64,000 nucleotides of DNA from Luteolibacter sp. (lineage in GTDB: Bacteria > Verrucomicrobiota > Verrucomicrobiia > Verrucomicrobiales > Akkermansiaceae), in contig JBDSNC010000301.1 of assembly GCA_039915545.1 (NCBI GenBank), forward strand, positions 4,977 through 68,976, given 5' to 3'. Shown here piece by piece: positions 29,319 to 39,115 of the stretch. The position numbers were made by a program, and so were the translations under genes. Position 1 is the stretch's first letter. Every line of letters begins with the position of its first letter. The notes beneath the pieces are model-generated. The model had not been told where the DNA came from. It did no database searches and saw nothing but the letters and a program-made list of their open reading frames with translations.

Positions 29319-32009
29319 CTATTTCTTGTCCTTCGCCCGTTGGAAGCGCGAGCGTCTGGCGGATTCTTCCTGCGGTGTCTGTGGTTTCTCCTCTGCCTGT
29401 TGGGTTGGGGCGGGTGTGAAAACCGGCCCCTCCACCACGCGTTTTGGTTTTGCCACCTTCACCCTCGGTGACTTTGCTGTTCTGTTGGGCAACGCCAGTT
29501 GTGGCAGCTTCCATCCGGTCCTCGTCAGCAGCGCGTCTGCGAGAACGAGCAGCACCAGTGTGATTCCAAGGGGCAGCCGCAACTGTGTTTCCGCGATGAA
29601 CGGCGGGCGTAGCCAGGCTTTCGAAAGATCCAACAGCTCGCGGCCCTTTGTCTGTGTGGAAACGGCGCGCAGTTCGGCAAGCCGCTCCGGCTCGAAGGAC
29701 CACTCTACCGAAGAACCGACACTGAGCGGCCCGAACGGCAGAGCGTTTTCGCCCACCTGCACGGCACCGCGCACGATGCTGCCCTCGCCGAGATCCCGGC
29801 TGAGTGAAAAATGCCCCGGAGCGATCCTCCGCCACGCGAGGTCCCGCGTGGCACCGCCGGCGTCGTCCTGAAGCCGGACCTTCGGCGGCGACGCTGATAA
29901 TTTTTGAGACCACGTGTTCGTGTCGTAAAGCAGGTCCAACGTGAGCCGTGTGCCATCCAATCGATGGCGGAGTGCGATGCCCGGCGGCGTGTCCTGGCCC
30001 ATCAGAAAGCGCCCGGTAGTTTGCAAAAAGTCGCCATAACCCGGCCACGTCCGGGCGGTTTCCGAAAACTCCCCGCCTAGCGGAAATGAAACCGCCATGC
30101 TGCGTCCCAAGCCCCGCCGTCCGTGCGCCACCAGCGGAGCAAGGTATTCATCCGTGGAAACGAGAGACACGGTTGCATCTTCGCGGGCGTAAGAGAGATT
30201 GTAGCCGTCGACTTGTTTGAACCAGTCCACCGGCTTGGGAGATATTTCCGACCAGCGTCCTGTCGCCTGCGCCCCTACCGGATCCTTGATGAAGGCCGAG
30301 CGCGCGATGGTCACCGTTTCCTGCGCGAAGATCTTCGGGATATCCATCGGCTCGTTGGAGAAGAAGATGCGCCCGTTGCCCAGCTTCGCGATGTCATCCA
30401 ACAGCGCGGAATCCACGTCCTTGTCTGTGCCCAGACCAATGACGGAAACGGTCGCGCCCTGGGTGGTCATCTCCTTGAGCAGATTCTTGTAGTCGCCCGG
30501 TTCTTCGGAATCCTGAGCGTCCGAAAACAGGATGACGTGGCGGGTTCCCGCCTGCGATTTTTTCAACTCATCCCATGCAGCCTTCAGTCCGTTGTAAACA
30601 AAGATGCCGCCGCCTGCCGACGTGATCTTCAGGGCCCGGGCACCGAGTTCAGCCTTCTTGTTTTCGATGCGGGTGAGCGGAATCGTTTTTGTCGCCTCGC
30701 TGTCCACCGCGAAGACGGCGATCTGGTCCATCGGCCCTAGCAGGTCGATCGCGTTGGCCGCACCGGAGTCCGCCAGGTCGATTTTGGTTTTCCCGCCGCC
30801 CACACCGACGCTCATCGATCCAGAGCGGTCGATCACGATGGCCAGCGCGACCGCGAGCTTGCGGTGCTCGGATTTCAGCTCCATCGACACCGGTAGCAGC
30901 GCGTCGATGGGCGATTGGAAATAGCCGCCGGAGCCGAACGAATGCTCGCCGCCTGCCATCAGCAAACCGCCGCCCTGCTCACGCACGAAGAAATCCAGCG
31001 ACTTCATGAAATCGTTGGGAATCTCGTGAGCCGGAACATTGTTGAGGATCACCGCCCGCGCGCCGGCGAGGAGACCTGGCTTCAATTTCGACGGATCGGT
31101 GACGGTCTCGACGGTGAAATCCAGCGCGGAAAGAGCCTTCGCCACGGGGTCATCCTGATAGCGGGTGGCGAGAATCAGCCGCGGTCCGCCGGTGATCTCG
31201 ATCCAGCGCGTGGCCTGGTTGTTTCCCGGATGCGCGTCGTTCTCCGGCCGGATCTCCGCCTGATATTCGTAACCACCCGCGCGCGGAATGCGGTCGGTGA
31301 ATTCTACGGTAGCCAGCCCGTTGACCAGCGTGACGGAGGTTTCCGTCAGCGTCTGGCCGTTGCGCCGCAGGATGAGGGGGAAGGTCGCGTCCGAAGAACC
31401 GCGCACCGTTAGTGAGATCAGAAACGGCTCGCCGATCTGGACCCGCTCGGGAAACGCGATGCGCGACAGGCGGTAGTCCTTGTCCTTCTCCTCGCGGATC
31501 AGCCGGTAGTCGAGCGGGATGCCACGCGCTTGCAACTGCGAGGAGGCTTCCTGCATCGGCTCGGTGGAATAGCCGTCAGTGAAAAGCAGCACACGTGACG
31601 GGCGCTTTTCATCCGACTGTGCGGCGATCGACTGCAGTGCCAGCCCCGTCCGCGTGAGCCTGCGTGAGCCGGTGAATGACGAGCCATCAGCCCCCACTTC
31701 CGCGATCTCACTCGCGTAGTTGATGAAATGAAGAGTGTCATGGCGGCCCGGTTTCGATTCCTCCAGTAGCCGCTTCCATTCAGGCAAGCCCTTGTCGATC
31801 AGATCCTCAGTGGACTCCGAGCGGTCCAACAGGACATATAGGTCCAGAGAGTTCTGTTGGTGTTGGATCGTCGGCTCCGCCAGAGCGATCACCGCCAGGA
31901 TCAGGATCACCGCCCGCAACGGAGCGTACAGCCGCAGCCCGCGCCAGAACCAGCCGAGCAAGGCAAGCGCGGGGATGAGCAGGAAGTATTCTGGAGTGGA
32001 GAATGTCAT
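29319..32009 (-). CDS. Membrane vWA-domain / GATase1-like protein of the MoxR cassette
   Basis: N-terminal TM segments, two MIDAS motifs (LLDRSES, VIDRSGS), GGGLLMAGGEHSFGSGGY, C-terminal TM. Confidence 0.85.
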   Translation of the reverse strand: MTFSTPEYFLLIPALALLGWFWRGLRLYAPLRAVILILAVIALAEPTIQHQQNSLDLYVLLDRSESTEDLIDKGLPEWKRLLEESKPGRHDTLHFINYASEIAEVGADGSSFTGSRRLTRTGLALQSIAAQSDEKRPSRVLLFTDGYSTEPMQEASSQLQARGIPLDYRLIREEKDKDYRLSRIAFPERVQIGEPFLISLTVRGSSDATFPLILRRNGQTLTETSVTLVNGLATVEFTDRIPRAGGYEYQAEIRPENDAHPGNNQATRWIEITGGPRLILATRYQDDPVAKALSALDFTVETVTDPSKLKPGLLAGARAVILNNVPAHEIPNDFMKSLDFFVREQGGGLLMAGGEHSFGSGGYFQSPIDALLPVSMELKSEHRKLAVALAIVIDRSGSMSVGVGGGKTKIDLADSGAANAIDLLGPMDQIAVFAVDSEATKTIPLTRIENKKAELGARALKITSAGGGIFVYNGLKAAWDELKKSQAGTRHVILFSDAQDSEEPGDYKNLLKEMTTQGATVSVIGLGTDKDVDSALLDDIAKLGNGRIFFSNEPMDIPKIFAQETVTIARSAFIKDPVGAQATGRWSEISPKPVDWFKQVDGYNLSYAREDATVSLVSTDEYLAPLVAHGRRGLGRSMAVSFPLGGEFSETARTWPGYGDFLQTTGRFLMGQDTPPGIALRHRLDGTRLTLDLLYDTNTWSQKLSASPPKVRLQDDAGGATRDLAWRRIAPGHFSLSRDLGEGSIVRGAVQVGENALPFGPLSVGSSVEWSFEPERLAELRAVSTQTKGRELLDLSKAWLRPPFIAETQLRLPLGITLVLLVLADALLTRTGWKLPQLALPNRTAKSPRVKVAKPKRVVEGPVFTPAPTQQAEEKPQTPQEESARRSRFQRAKDKK

Positions 32010-32024
32010 GGGGAAATAAATGGG

Positions 32025-32582
32025 TCAGCCTCCGGTGTCATCGAGATGATCTAGCAATTCCTTGAATGCCGCAGAGCCGCCCTCCCGCTCGCACCACTTG
32101 CCGACGTTTTTCAGGTCCACGCGTTCTTTTTGGCGGCGGCAGACGAGCAGTGCCTGATCATAGCAGGCGCGGCGTTTCCAGTGGATGTATGCGGCGAGCC
32201 TGTCCTTCACGCAGTCTGTGGGCGAGAGCAGACGAATTGTCCGACCTTCGACTAATATTTCATCGGGAACGATGCGATATTCGTCGCCGAGTTCGACGGG
32301 GCCGGGCGGGAATTCGATAAAAAGATGGTTGCACTCCGGATTTCTGTAGTGCCGCGACTTGCCGGGCATGAAGCCGATGCTTTCCATCACACCGGGTATT
32401 TTTGACTTTTGAAAATCGTCTGGAACCATGTCGAGGTCGCCGGAGCGATAGAGGCCCTCGGTGTAAATGGCGACCACCGCGCCTCCGACAAGAATCGAGT
32501 GAATTCCGGCTCCTTCAAGATGCCAAGCCACGTAGCGCCAGAGTTCTTCCTCGCTGCAGGTTTTGAAATTCGGGGCATTCAT
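32025..32582 (-). CDS. Nucleotidyltransferase-fold protein (AbiEii/DUF6036-like; possible toxin)
   Basis: LVGGAVVAIY...RSGDLD is a polymerase-beta-superfamily GG...DxD motif; later DCVKDRLAAY. Confidence 0.7.
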   Translation of the reverse strand: MNAPNFKTCSEEELWRYVAWHLEGAGIHSILVGGAVVAIYTEGLYRSGDLDMVPDDFQKSKIPGVMESIGFMPGKSRHYRNPECNHLFIEFPPGPVELGDEYRIVPDEILVEGRTIRLLSPTDCVKDRLAAYIHWKRRACYDQALLVCRRQKERVDLKNVGKWCEREGGSAAFKELLDHLDDTGG

Positions 32583-32607
32583 GGGTGATTTACTGACTTT
32601 ACATTGC

Positions 32608-32634
32608 GGTCATATGACCCGACATTCAGGTCAT
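32608..32634. promoter_or_regulatory. Putative operator between the divergent NTase and HTH genes
   Basis: Perfect 12-bp palindrome ggtcatatgacc (32608-32619) and a further ggtcat half-site (32629-32634) overlapping the HTH start. Confidence 0.5.
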
Positions 32635-32989
32635 GAATTCCACAGCTTTGGCGGAAATGTTCGGAAGTCGCGCGGCGGAAGCGGTGCTGCTCCACTTGTT
32701 TCATCATGGTGAGTCTTATGGCAGGGCGGTTTCCAGCGATTTCGAAATTTCGCTCGATTCGGTTCAGCGACAGCTCGAAAAATTCGAACGCTCGGGAGTT
32801 TTGGTGGCGATGCGGCATGGCCGGACCGTGGTATATTCCTTCAATCCGCGGTCCAAGGCGGCAGCGCGGCTGAGGGATCTTGTGGCAGTGTTTTATGACA
32901 GCATGTCGCTTGAAGCCAAAGAGCAGTGTTTTCCTATCCGCCGCCGCCATCGGGCGAAGGACAAGCCCGTCATCTACAGCAAGGATTGA
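32633..32989 (+). CDS. Winged helix-turn-helix (ArsR-like) protein
   Basis: MFGSRAAEAVLLHL...SVQRQLEKFERSGVL...GRTVVYSFNP. Confidence 0.75.
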   Translation: MNSTALAEMFGSRAAEAVLLHLFHHGESYGRAVSSDFEISLDSVQRQLEKFERSGVLVAMRHGRTVVYSFNPRSKAAARLRDLVAVFYDSMSLEAKEQCFPIRRRHRAKDKPVIYSKD

Positions 32990-32994
32990 CGCAT

Positions 32995-34743
32995 TCATGC
33001 AAGAGACCGTTGGGTGGTGAATTTCCATGAAACGAGCAGTGCGGCGAGCAGGGCGAGAATTCCCACCCGCCAGAACGGATCGGGTTTGGTGTGGCGTTCG
33101 ATGGTGGATTGGTTGGCGGCTCCGGTGACGTCGGATTTTCCGCAGGCGCTGAAATCGGCCTCGCGGGTGTCGGCGAAGAAGACTGCGGCGTCGAGCAGGC
33201 GGGTTTCGTTCTGATCGACAGTTAGGAAGCAGGGAACCAGCGGCGCGTTGTTCGATACCGAGGTCACGGGAACGGCTTTGCCGCCGAGGTCGGTGGCGGA
33301 GATTTTCAGCGGAATGTTGGGAGCTGCCGTGACCTTGATCGGTTGGTCGGTTTCCAGAATGGCCGAGGTGGGGGCGACCTTCGCATCGCGGATGGCTTCG
33401 GCAAACCGGTGGAGCAGCACGATGAACGCCGGCTGGTTGCCTGCGTTGGATAGGCGGAGGTCGAAATTGAAACAAAGCTGGCGCTTGCCCTCGTGCTCGC
33501 GGAGGAAGATCAGCGGCCGCTTTTCCTGCCATAACAGAACGGTGTCCGCAGGCTGGCGGTCGAGTTCGATCGTTTCGCGGACGAGCAGTGACTGCCAGTT
33601 GAGGCCGTCCATCAGCGGATTCGCCTCGGCAACGATGCCACCTTTCAGATAGGCCCCGGTGCGGGTGCTGTCTTCCACGAACACGATCGAATTGCCGGGA
33701 GGCAGCACGGGGTCGAGCGGATCGTAGGAGGAAATCGACAGGTCGGCGGTGGTGGCGTCGTTGGTCGGCACGGCGGCGTCGAGCGAGCGGAGGAGTTTGG
33801 TGGTCAGATCGGCGAAGGCAGGGGAAGTGGCGGTGAAAAGTGCGAGCGTCTTTGGTGCGGGAGCGACGAGGGGCAGTGTGTCATCCAGCGTGAAACGATC
33901 ACCGGACAAGACGATTCGGACGTTTTTTGCATCCTTTGGAAACGCGGCTTGCAGAGTGACCAGCGAACCGGCGGCAAGATGGAGGGAGCGCGGTTCGGTG
34001 TTTCCCGAGGACGTCATGACCGACCACGTGCGGTCCGCGTCGGTTTTGCCGTAGTTTCTAACGAGCGCCCGCCAGACCAGCGCGCCTTCTTCGGTCGCGA
34101 AGGTGACTCCGGTGAATCCGACATTCTCGACAGCGTCTCCCACGGCGATGAGTTTCGCATCAAATGGCAGAGATTCGGCCGGAGTGTCGGTGAGGTAAAT
34201 CACCGTGCCCTCGCGTGAAACCAGCGAACGGCCGAGGCGCAGCGCCTGTGAAGGATCGTTGAGCCCGTCGAGAGGCTGCCATTTTTCCAGTGCGATCTTC
34301 AAATCATCCAAGGAAGATCCCGCATAAAGTCTGGGGCGGTCCGGGGCCGATTCCATGACGGTCAGCTCAACAGTGGATGCCGGACCTTGGAGCGTGGGCA
34401 GTTCCGCTGCGAGGCGGGTGAGGGCTTCGTTTTTGAAAACCCCCATCGATGCCGAGGAATCCAGCACCACCGCGATGCGCTGGACGCTGCCCGACTTTTG
34501 GAAACGAGGTTCTGCGAGAAACCACGCCAGCAGTAGGACCGCCATCAACTGCATCCACAACGGGACGGAAGGAATGATCCTGTCCAGTCGCCGTCCGCTT
34601 GCCGCGTCACGCTGCGTGCGTTCCAGCAGAAACAGCGTGGAGACAGGAAGTTCGACGGCTTTCCGCTGGAGAAAATGGATCGCCAGCACCGCCGGAATGC
34701 CGAGAAGCGCGAGAAGGCCGAGTGGATTTGCGAAGGTGAACAT
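32995..34743 (-). CDS. BatA-domain / vWA protein
   Basis: MFTFANPLGLLALLGIPAVLAIHFL...VSTLFL (BatA N-terminus); VLDSSAS MIDAS. Confidence 0.88.
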   Translation of the reverse strand: MFTFANPLGLLALLGIPAVLAIHFLQRKAVELPVSTLFLLERTQRDAASGRRLDRIIPSVPLWMQLMAVLLLAWFLAEPRFQKSGSVQRIAVVLDSSASMGVFKNEALTRLAAELPTLQGPASTVELTVMESAPDRPRLYAGSSLDDLKIALEKWQPLDGLNDPSQALRLGRSLVSREGTVIYLTDTPAESLPFDAKLIAVGDAVENVGFTGVTFATEEGALVWRALVRNYGKTDADRTWSVMTSSGNTEPRSLHLAAGSLVTLQAAFPKDAKNVRIVLSGDRFTLDDTLPLVAPAPKTLALFTATSPAFADLTTKLLRSLDAAVPTNDATTADLSISSYDPLDPVLPPGNSIVFVEDSTRTGAYLKGGIVAEANPLMDGLNWQSLLVRETIELDRQPADTVLLWQEKRPLIFLREHEGKRQLCFNFDLRLSNAGNQPAFIVLLHRFAEAIRDAKVAPTSAILETDQPIKVTAAPNIPLKISATDLGGKAVPVTSVSNNAPLVPCFLTVDQNETRLLDAAVFFADTREADFSACGKSDVTGAANQSTIERHTKPDPFWRVGILALLAALLVSWKFTTQRSLA

Positions 34744-34778
34744 TTAGGAAAAACTAGTCCGACGTGGTGACGGTTTCA

Positions 34779-35675
34779 TCATGGAATCTCTCCGAGCAGC
34801 CACCGGAATGCCTTGGTCATCACCGAGGGCGGAGCCGCCTGATGACCGCCCTCAAACATCTGGAACGAAATTTCCGAGCCACTCTTGCGGATGACTTCGA
34901 TGTCATCTGTATTGGTGTTTCTGCCAAGATCCTTGTCTCCGTTCAAAAACGCGACCCGCATTTTCGGATAGGGAAGATCCCAGTATTTTTTGTCGCCCAC
35001 CCATCCGCAGTTGGAATAGATCCCTGCCCATGGCCGGGAGATTTGTGCCGAGTAGTGGAAGGCTCGCCAGCTTCCCCCGGAGATTCCGCCCATGAACATC
35101 CGATTCGGATCGTGTGGGACGACGGTCTCGATCTGGGGCAGCAATTCCTTGAAACGCTCCAGATAGGCGGCTTCGATTTCCGCGTTGTCTCCTGAATTCT
35201 GGAACGTTTCGCAGGAGACGATGGTCATCTTCACTGCATCAGCGGCTTCCACGTAGCGGAGAATATCCCGATGCCCGTTGCCTCCCGGGTGGAAGAGAAT
35301 CATCAAGGGCAGCTTGCTGCCGACGGTGGTTCCCGAAGGATGATAGACGGAATACCCGGTGGTGAATTTTCCGGTTCCTGTCTTTTTCTCGATGGTGCCG
35401 CCGAGTTTCCCAACCATGGCTTCCATCTCTTCCTTGTATTCGACCCACTGGAGCAGCCACGCCTTGTCGACAGTGCTCAGGTTGTCGCGCTGGAACCTGA
35501 GTTCGGTCTTGTCTTCCCTGCGCAGAGATATTTCGCCGGTCTTTTCGTCATACTCGGTCAGCTCGGCGCGAACAGGAGCGCCTTCGGAGAAAGTCCAGTC
35601 CCGCATGTCGCTGTTCCCCCTCGCGAGTGGCAGAGCGGTTAGCAGGAACGCAGCGATGGTGGTATGGAATTTCAT
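34779..35675 (-). CDS. Secreted SHD1-like domain plus alpha/beta hydrolase (esterase)
   Basis: Signal peptide MKFHTT...; RDWT...LSTVDKAWL (SHD1-like); GISGG nucleophile elbow, GDKD, GGHQ. Confidence 0.75.
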   Translation of the reverse strand: MKFHTTIAAFLLTALPLARGNSDMRDWTFSEGAPVRAELTEYDEKTGEISLRREDKTELRFQRDNLSTVDKAWLLQWVEYKEEMEAMVGKLGGTIEKKTGTGKFTTGYSVYHPSGTTVGSKLPLMILFHPGGNGHRDILRYVEAADAVKMTIVSCETFQNSGDNAEIEAAYLERFKELLPQIETVVPHDPNRMFMGGISGGSWRAFHYSAQISRPWAGIYSNCGWVGDKKYWDLPYPKMRVAFLNGDKDLGRNTNTDDIEVIRKSGSEISFQMFEGGHQAAPPSVMTKAFRWLLGEIP

Positions 35676-35710
35676 GGGTCGGGTAGAATGGATGTTGGTT
35701 GGACGAAGAC

Positions 35711-36589
35711 TCAACTGGCTTCCAGTGCTCCGGCGGGCACCGCTTCGCGAAACAGGGCGGTGGCGAGATCATCCTCCGCCGGAATGCGGGCGAAAGCGGA
35801 TTGGTGACGGCGGGAGTGCTGTTTCCAGAGGGCGAAATGGTTCGCATAGGCCACAAGGTATCGTTTGAGCGTCGCGGGTTCGATGCGGTGGGGATGTTGT
35901 GATTTCCGCTCGGGATCGATGAACTCGTAATTTCCAGACCACGCGGGTCTCGCTTCGGATTCCAGATAGGGCGAGAAGATGACGAGGCTGCCGTGGCGTT
36001 GGCCGAGATGGCGGAGGATCGGCTCCGGGTCGCCGGGGAAAAGCAGGTCTGATAGGAAAACTCGGATGGCGTTCGCGCGCAGCGGCAGTTTCGACAGATC
36101 CGGTGATTTCGCCGCGTCGGTGGCGGGGAGAGCGCGGGCCGTTTCCAACCAGCGGTGCGTGCGGAGCGTCGCCGGATCGAGTGCCGCGCTCGCGTCACCC
36201 CTTACTGCGTGAAGCGCCAGCGATGCCCCGGCTGCATGGCTGCTTTCCGCGATCAGATAGAAAATCTCCGCCGTCCGCGCGGCTTTCACGGGATCGAAGA
36301 ACATTGACTCGGAAGCATCGAGGATCAGGTCCACCACCGGCCGGACTTCCTCGCGGAAAAGTTTCATCGTGTAGCTGCCGGTGCGCGCGTAGGCCTGCCA
36401 GTTGATGTGGCGTGGATCGTCGCCCGGCGAATAGGCGCGGTGGTCCTGGAAATCGAGCGAAGATCCGGTGCCGCCGCCGGTGAACTCCCCGGCCTGGCCT
36501 CTCCAGACGCGGGAACGCAGCGGCAGCCGCAGGCGTGCGGCGACGGCGAGGGCGCGTCCGTGGCAGGTCTGGAGGTCTTCAGGATTCAT
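35711..36589 (-). CDS. DUF58 domain protein
   Basis: GSSLDFQDHRAYSPGDDPRHINWQAYART; LILDASESM. Confidence 0.92.
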   Translation of the reverse strand: MNPEDLQTCHGRALAVAARLRLPLRSRVWRGQAGEFTGGGTGSSLDFQDHRAYSPGDDPRHINWQAYARTGSYTMKLFREEVRPVVDLILDASESMFFDPVKAARTAEIFYLIAESSHAAGASLALHAVRGDASAALDPATLRTHRWLETARALPATDAAKSPDLSKLPLRANAIRVFLSDLLFPGDPEPILRHLGQRHGSLVIFSPYLESEARPAWSGNYEFIDPERKSQHPHRIEPATLKRYLVAYANHFALWKQHSRRHQSAFARIPAEDDLATALFREAVPAGALEAS

Positions 36590-38027
36590 GGGGAAGCAGT
36601 GTGCCTTCAATTTCCTCCTCCGCTTGGCGTATGGCGTCGCGATTCGGTTTGAAGATCGCAAGCCCGTATAACAGCAGGATGATGACCAGGATCAAATCAA
36701 CGGTGATCACAGCGTAAAGCAGTGCGGTGTCGTTAAAATGATTGGTGCCGGTCATCACCGTGAAAACCAGCGGATCCCAGATGAAGAGCCAGAGGAATTC
36801 GTAGTTGGACATTGCTTCTGTCAAAGCGGCGAGAATTCCAGTAAGAATTCCGATGCCGATCAGGAGCAGCAGATAGTTTGCCACTCTTTGTCCTTCTCCC
36901 TTGAAAAAAAACACTTGGAGCACGGCAGGGAAAAGCAGTGTGCCCAACAAGGCGAGGACGATGGTGCCGAATTCATCACCGTAACCACCGACCATCGGAT
37001 TCGCACTGCAGGCGATGAAACAGAAGGCGATCAGCAGCACCGTGAAGAAAATGCCGCAGGCGAGACCCGGATACAGGAAGATGCCAGCGGCCTTCCCCAG
37101 AGTGCCGCGCTTCACAAACGGTTTGCAGACGGTGGAAACCAGCAGCGTGGATTCGGTGAGAGCGATCAGAATCGCGGGAGTGGCAATGATCGCGAGAAGC
37201 GTCAGCAAGAGCTCCTTATCGAGTGTGGAATACCGCATTACCGGGATCATGGCCAGTGTCGCCACGATTGCGATCATGCGGCGCAGACTCGAATGGTTTT
37301 CCGCGGCGGGGGCGATGAGCGACGCACCGAGCGACAATGCGGAACCGCCAAGATAGGTGATCGCCGCGACATAGATCGCGATGCCGTTCCGCGAGTCGCT
37401 GGTGTCGAGCGAACAGACTTCGATCAACGACCTGGAACCATTGTTGAACATCATCGTGACCATCGCCATAAATAGCAGCGGCGTTCCGAATAGAGGAAGG
37501 ATTCCGCGGATGATCACTGACGAGCTTCCCGAGAGCCCGACCGTGAGGCCGGTGAGGGCCATGGAAGTTAGAAAAAGAATCCCGAGAAAAACGATCTCGC
37601 CTACCAGATTCATGCCGCCGAAGAAATAGCGCAGGATGAGGTAGGGGATGATGGTGGAGAGGATCAGGGCGGACTGGCTGACGATGGCCACCCATTTTCC
37701 GAACACGATCCGCCAGGCACTGAGGCGTGTGAGGACCATCATGTCGATGGTGTTGCCCTTGATTTCGGAGGAAAGCGCCGCGACTCCGCGCAGCGGTTGG
37801 ACGATGAGCACGGCGATGGAGAAGAACGTGAAGATCATTGCGGACACCACGGCACCGGCGCGATCCGATGTCGAAGCGGCCGTCGCCGAGAGCAGCATGA
37901 TGCCTAGGAAAACCTGCAGGCTGAGGAAAACGGCGATGAAAGTTTTCGCACGCAGCCCCTGGCGCAGCTCCTTCACCAGCATCGGCGAGATGCGGTCGGA
38001 GAAATCAGTTAGATGGGAGAGGGTCAT
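36579..38027 (-). CDS. ABC-2 type transporter permease-like membrane protein
   Basis: SPMLVKELRQGLR...SEIKGNTIDMMVLTRLSAWRIVFGKW; many TM segments. Confidence 0.85.
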   Translation of the reverse strand: MTLSHLTDFSDRISPMLVKELRQGLRAKTFIAVFLSLQVFLGIMLLSATAASTSDRAGAVVSAMIFTFFSIAVLIVQPLRGVAALSSEIKGNTIDMMVLTRLSAWRIVFGKWVAIVSQSALILSTIIPYLILRYFFGGMNLVGEIVFLGILFLTSMALTGLTVGLSGSSSVIIRGILPLFGTPLLFMAMVTMMFNNGSRSLIEVCSLDTSDSRNGIAIYVAAITYLGGSALSLGASLIAPAAENHSSLRRMIAIVATLAMIPVMRYSTLDKELLLTLLAIIATPAILIALTESTLLVSTVCKPFVKRGTLGKAAGIFLYPGLACGIFFTVLLIAFCFIACSANPMVGGYGDEFGTIVLALLGTLLFPAVLQVFFFKGEGQRVANYLLLLIGIGILTGILAALTEAMSNYEFLWLFIWDPLVFTVMTGTNHFNDTALLYAVITVDLILVIILLLYGLAIFKPNRDAIRQAEEEIEGTLLPHES

Positions 38028-38034
38028 TGAAGAG

Positions 38035-38123
38035 AGTTGAGGGTTGAAAGTTGAGGGTTGATAGTGGAGAGGATGAATGCCGGTCTTTGACTTTCCATCG
38101 ACTATCAACCATCCACCATCAAC
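38035..38123. repeat. Heptamer-repeat inverted-repeat element, copy 1
   Basis: Left arm (gttgagg/gttgaaa/gttgata)n, right arm ctatcaaccatccaccatcaac. Confidence 0.7.
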
Positions 38124-39103
38124 TTTTCTTCCGGCATCGGCGGTGGCGAGACGGCGGGTTGGCCGGCATCGAGTCGTCCGAGGATGTCGATGAAGGCGTC
38201 CTCCAGATTTCTCTGTTCGCGGTGAAATTCAGTGATGCGGAGGCCATCCTTGACCATGCGGGCGAGAATGTCGGCCGCTTTCATCGGATCCTGAGTGTCG
38301 ATGCGGATGCGCCCGCCGAGTTTGCGGGCTTCGAGGAATTCCACGTTCGGCTGAAGGATGCACCAGTCGGAAACGGACTCCGGCTTGCCGTCCACCTGCA
38401 CGTCGTAAAGCACGCCGCCGAGATGGTCCGATCCGCGGCGGAGGGTTTCCGCGTCGCCATGGTGGACGATGCGGCCGTTGTTGATGAACAGCAGCGAATC
38501 GCACATCTCGCCGAGTTCGGATAGAATGTGGGAGGAAATGAAGATCGTTTTTCCTTCTTTCGCCAGCACCCGGATGAGGTGTTTCAACTCCACCCGCGCC
38601 TTGGGGTCGAGGCCGGCGGCGGGCTCGTCCATTATGAGCACCTGAGGATCGTGAAGCAGCGCGCGGCCGAGACCGAGACGCTGGGTCATGCCTTTTGAGA
38701 GTTTGTTGGAAAAACGGTCGGCGAGCGGAATGAGATCGGTGAACTCCATCACCTCCTGGATCCGCTCGCGGCGTTCCTTGCCCTTGTAGCCGAGCGCGCG
38801 GGCATAGAAGTCGAGATACTCGAGCACGGTCATGTGCTCGTAGTTTCCGAAATGGTCGGGCATCCAGCCGATTAGCCTGCGCACTTCCGCCGGATGATGG
38901 ACCACGTTGATCCCGCAGACTTCGGCGCTGCCGAGCGTGGGGTAGTCCAAAGTGGCGAGGATCCGCATGGTGGTTGTTTTCCCCGCGCCGTTGGCACCGA
39001 CGAAACCACAGACCGAGCCGTGCGGGATCTCGAAGGTCACGCCGTTGACGGCTTGGAGATTGCCGAAGTAGCGGTAGAGGTTGTTGATCTTGAGAGCGGA
39101 CAT
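38105..39103 (-). CDS. ABC transporter ATP-binding protein
   Basis: GANGAGKTT, LSKGM, LIMDEP, SSH. Confidence 0.95.
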   Translation of the reverse strand: MSALKINNLYRYFGNLQAVNGVTFEIPHGSVCGFVGANGAGKTTTMRILATLDYPTLGSAEVCGINVVHHPAEVRRLIGWMPDHFGNYEHMTVLEYLDFYARALGYKGKERRERIQEVMEFTDLIPLADRFSNKLSKGMTQRLGLGRALLHDPQVLIMDEPAAGLDPKARVELKHLIRVLAKEGKTIFISSHILSELGEMCDSLLFINNGRIVHHGDAETLRRGSDHLGGVLYDVQVDGKPESVSDWCILQPNVEFLEARKLGGRIRIDTQDPMKAADILARMVKDGLRITEFHREQRNLEDAFIDILGRLDAGQPAVSPPPMPEEKLMVDG

Positions 39104-39115
39104 GGATGAGAAAAG

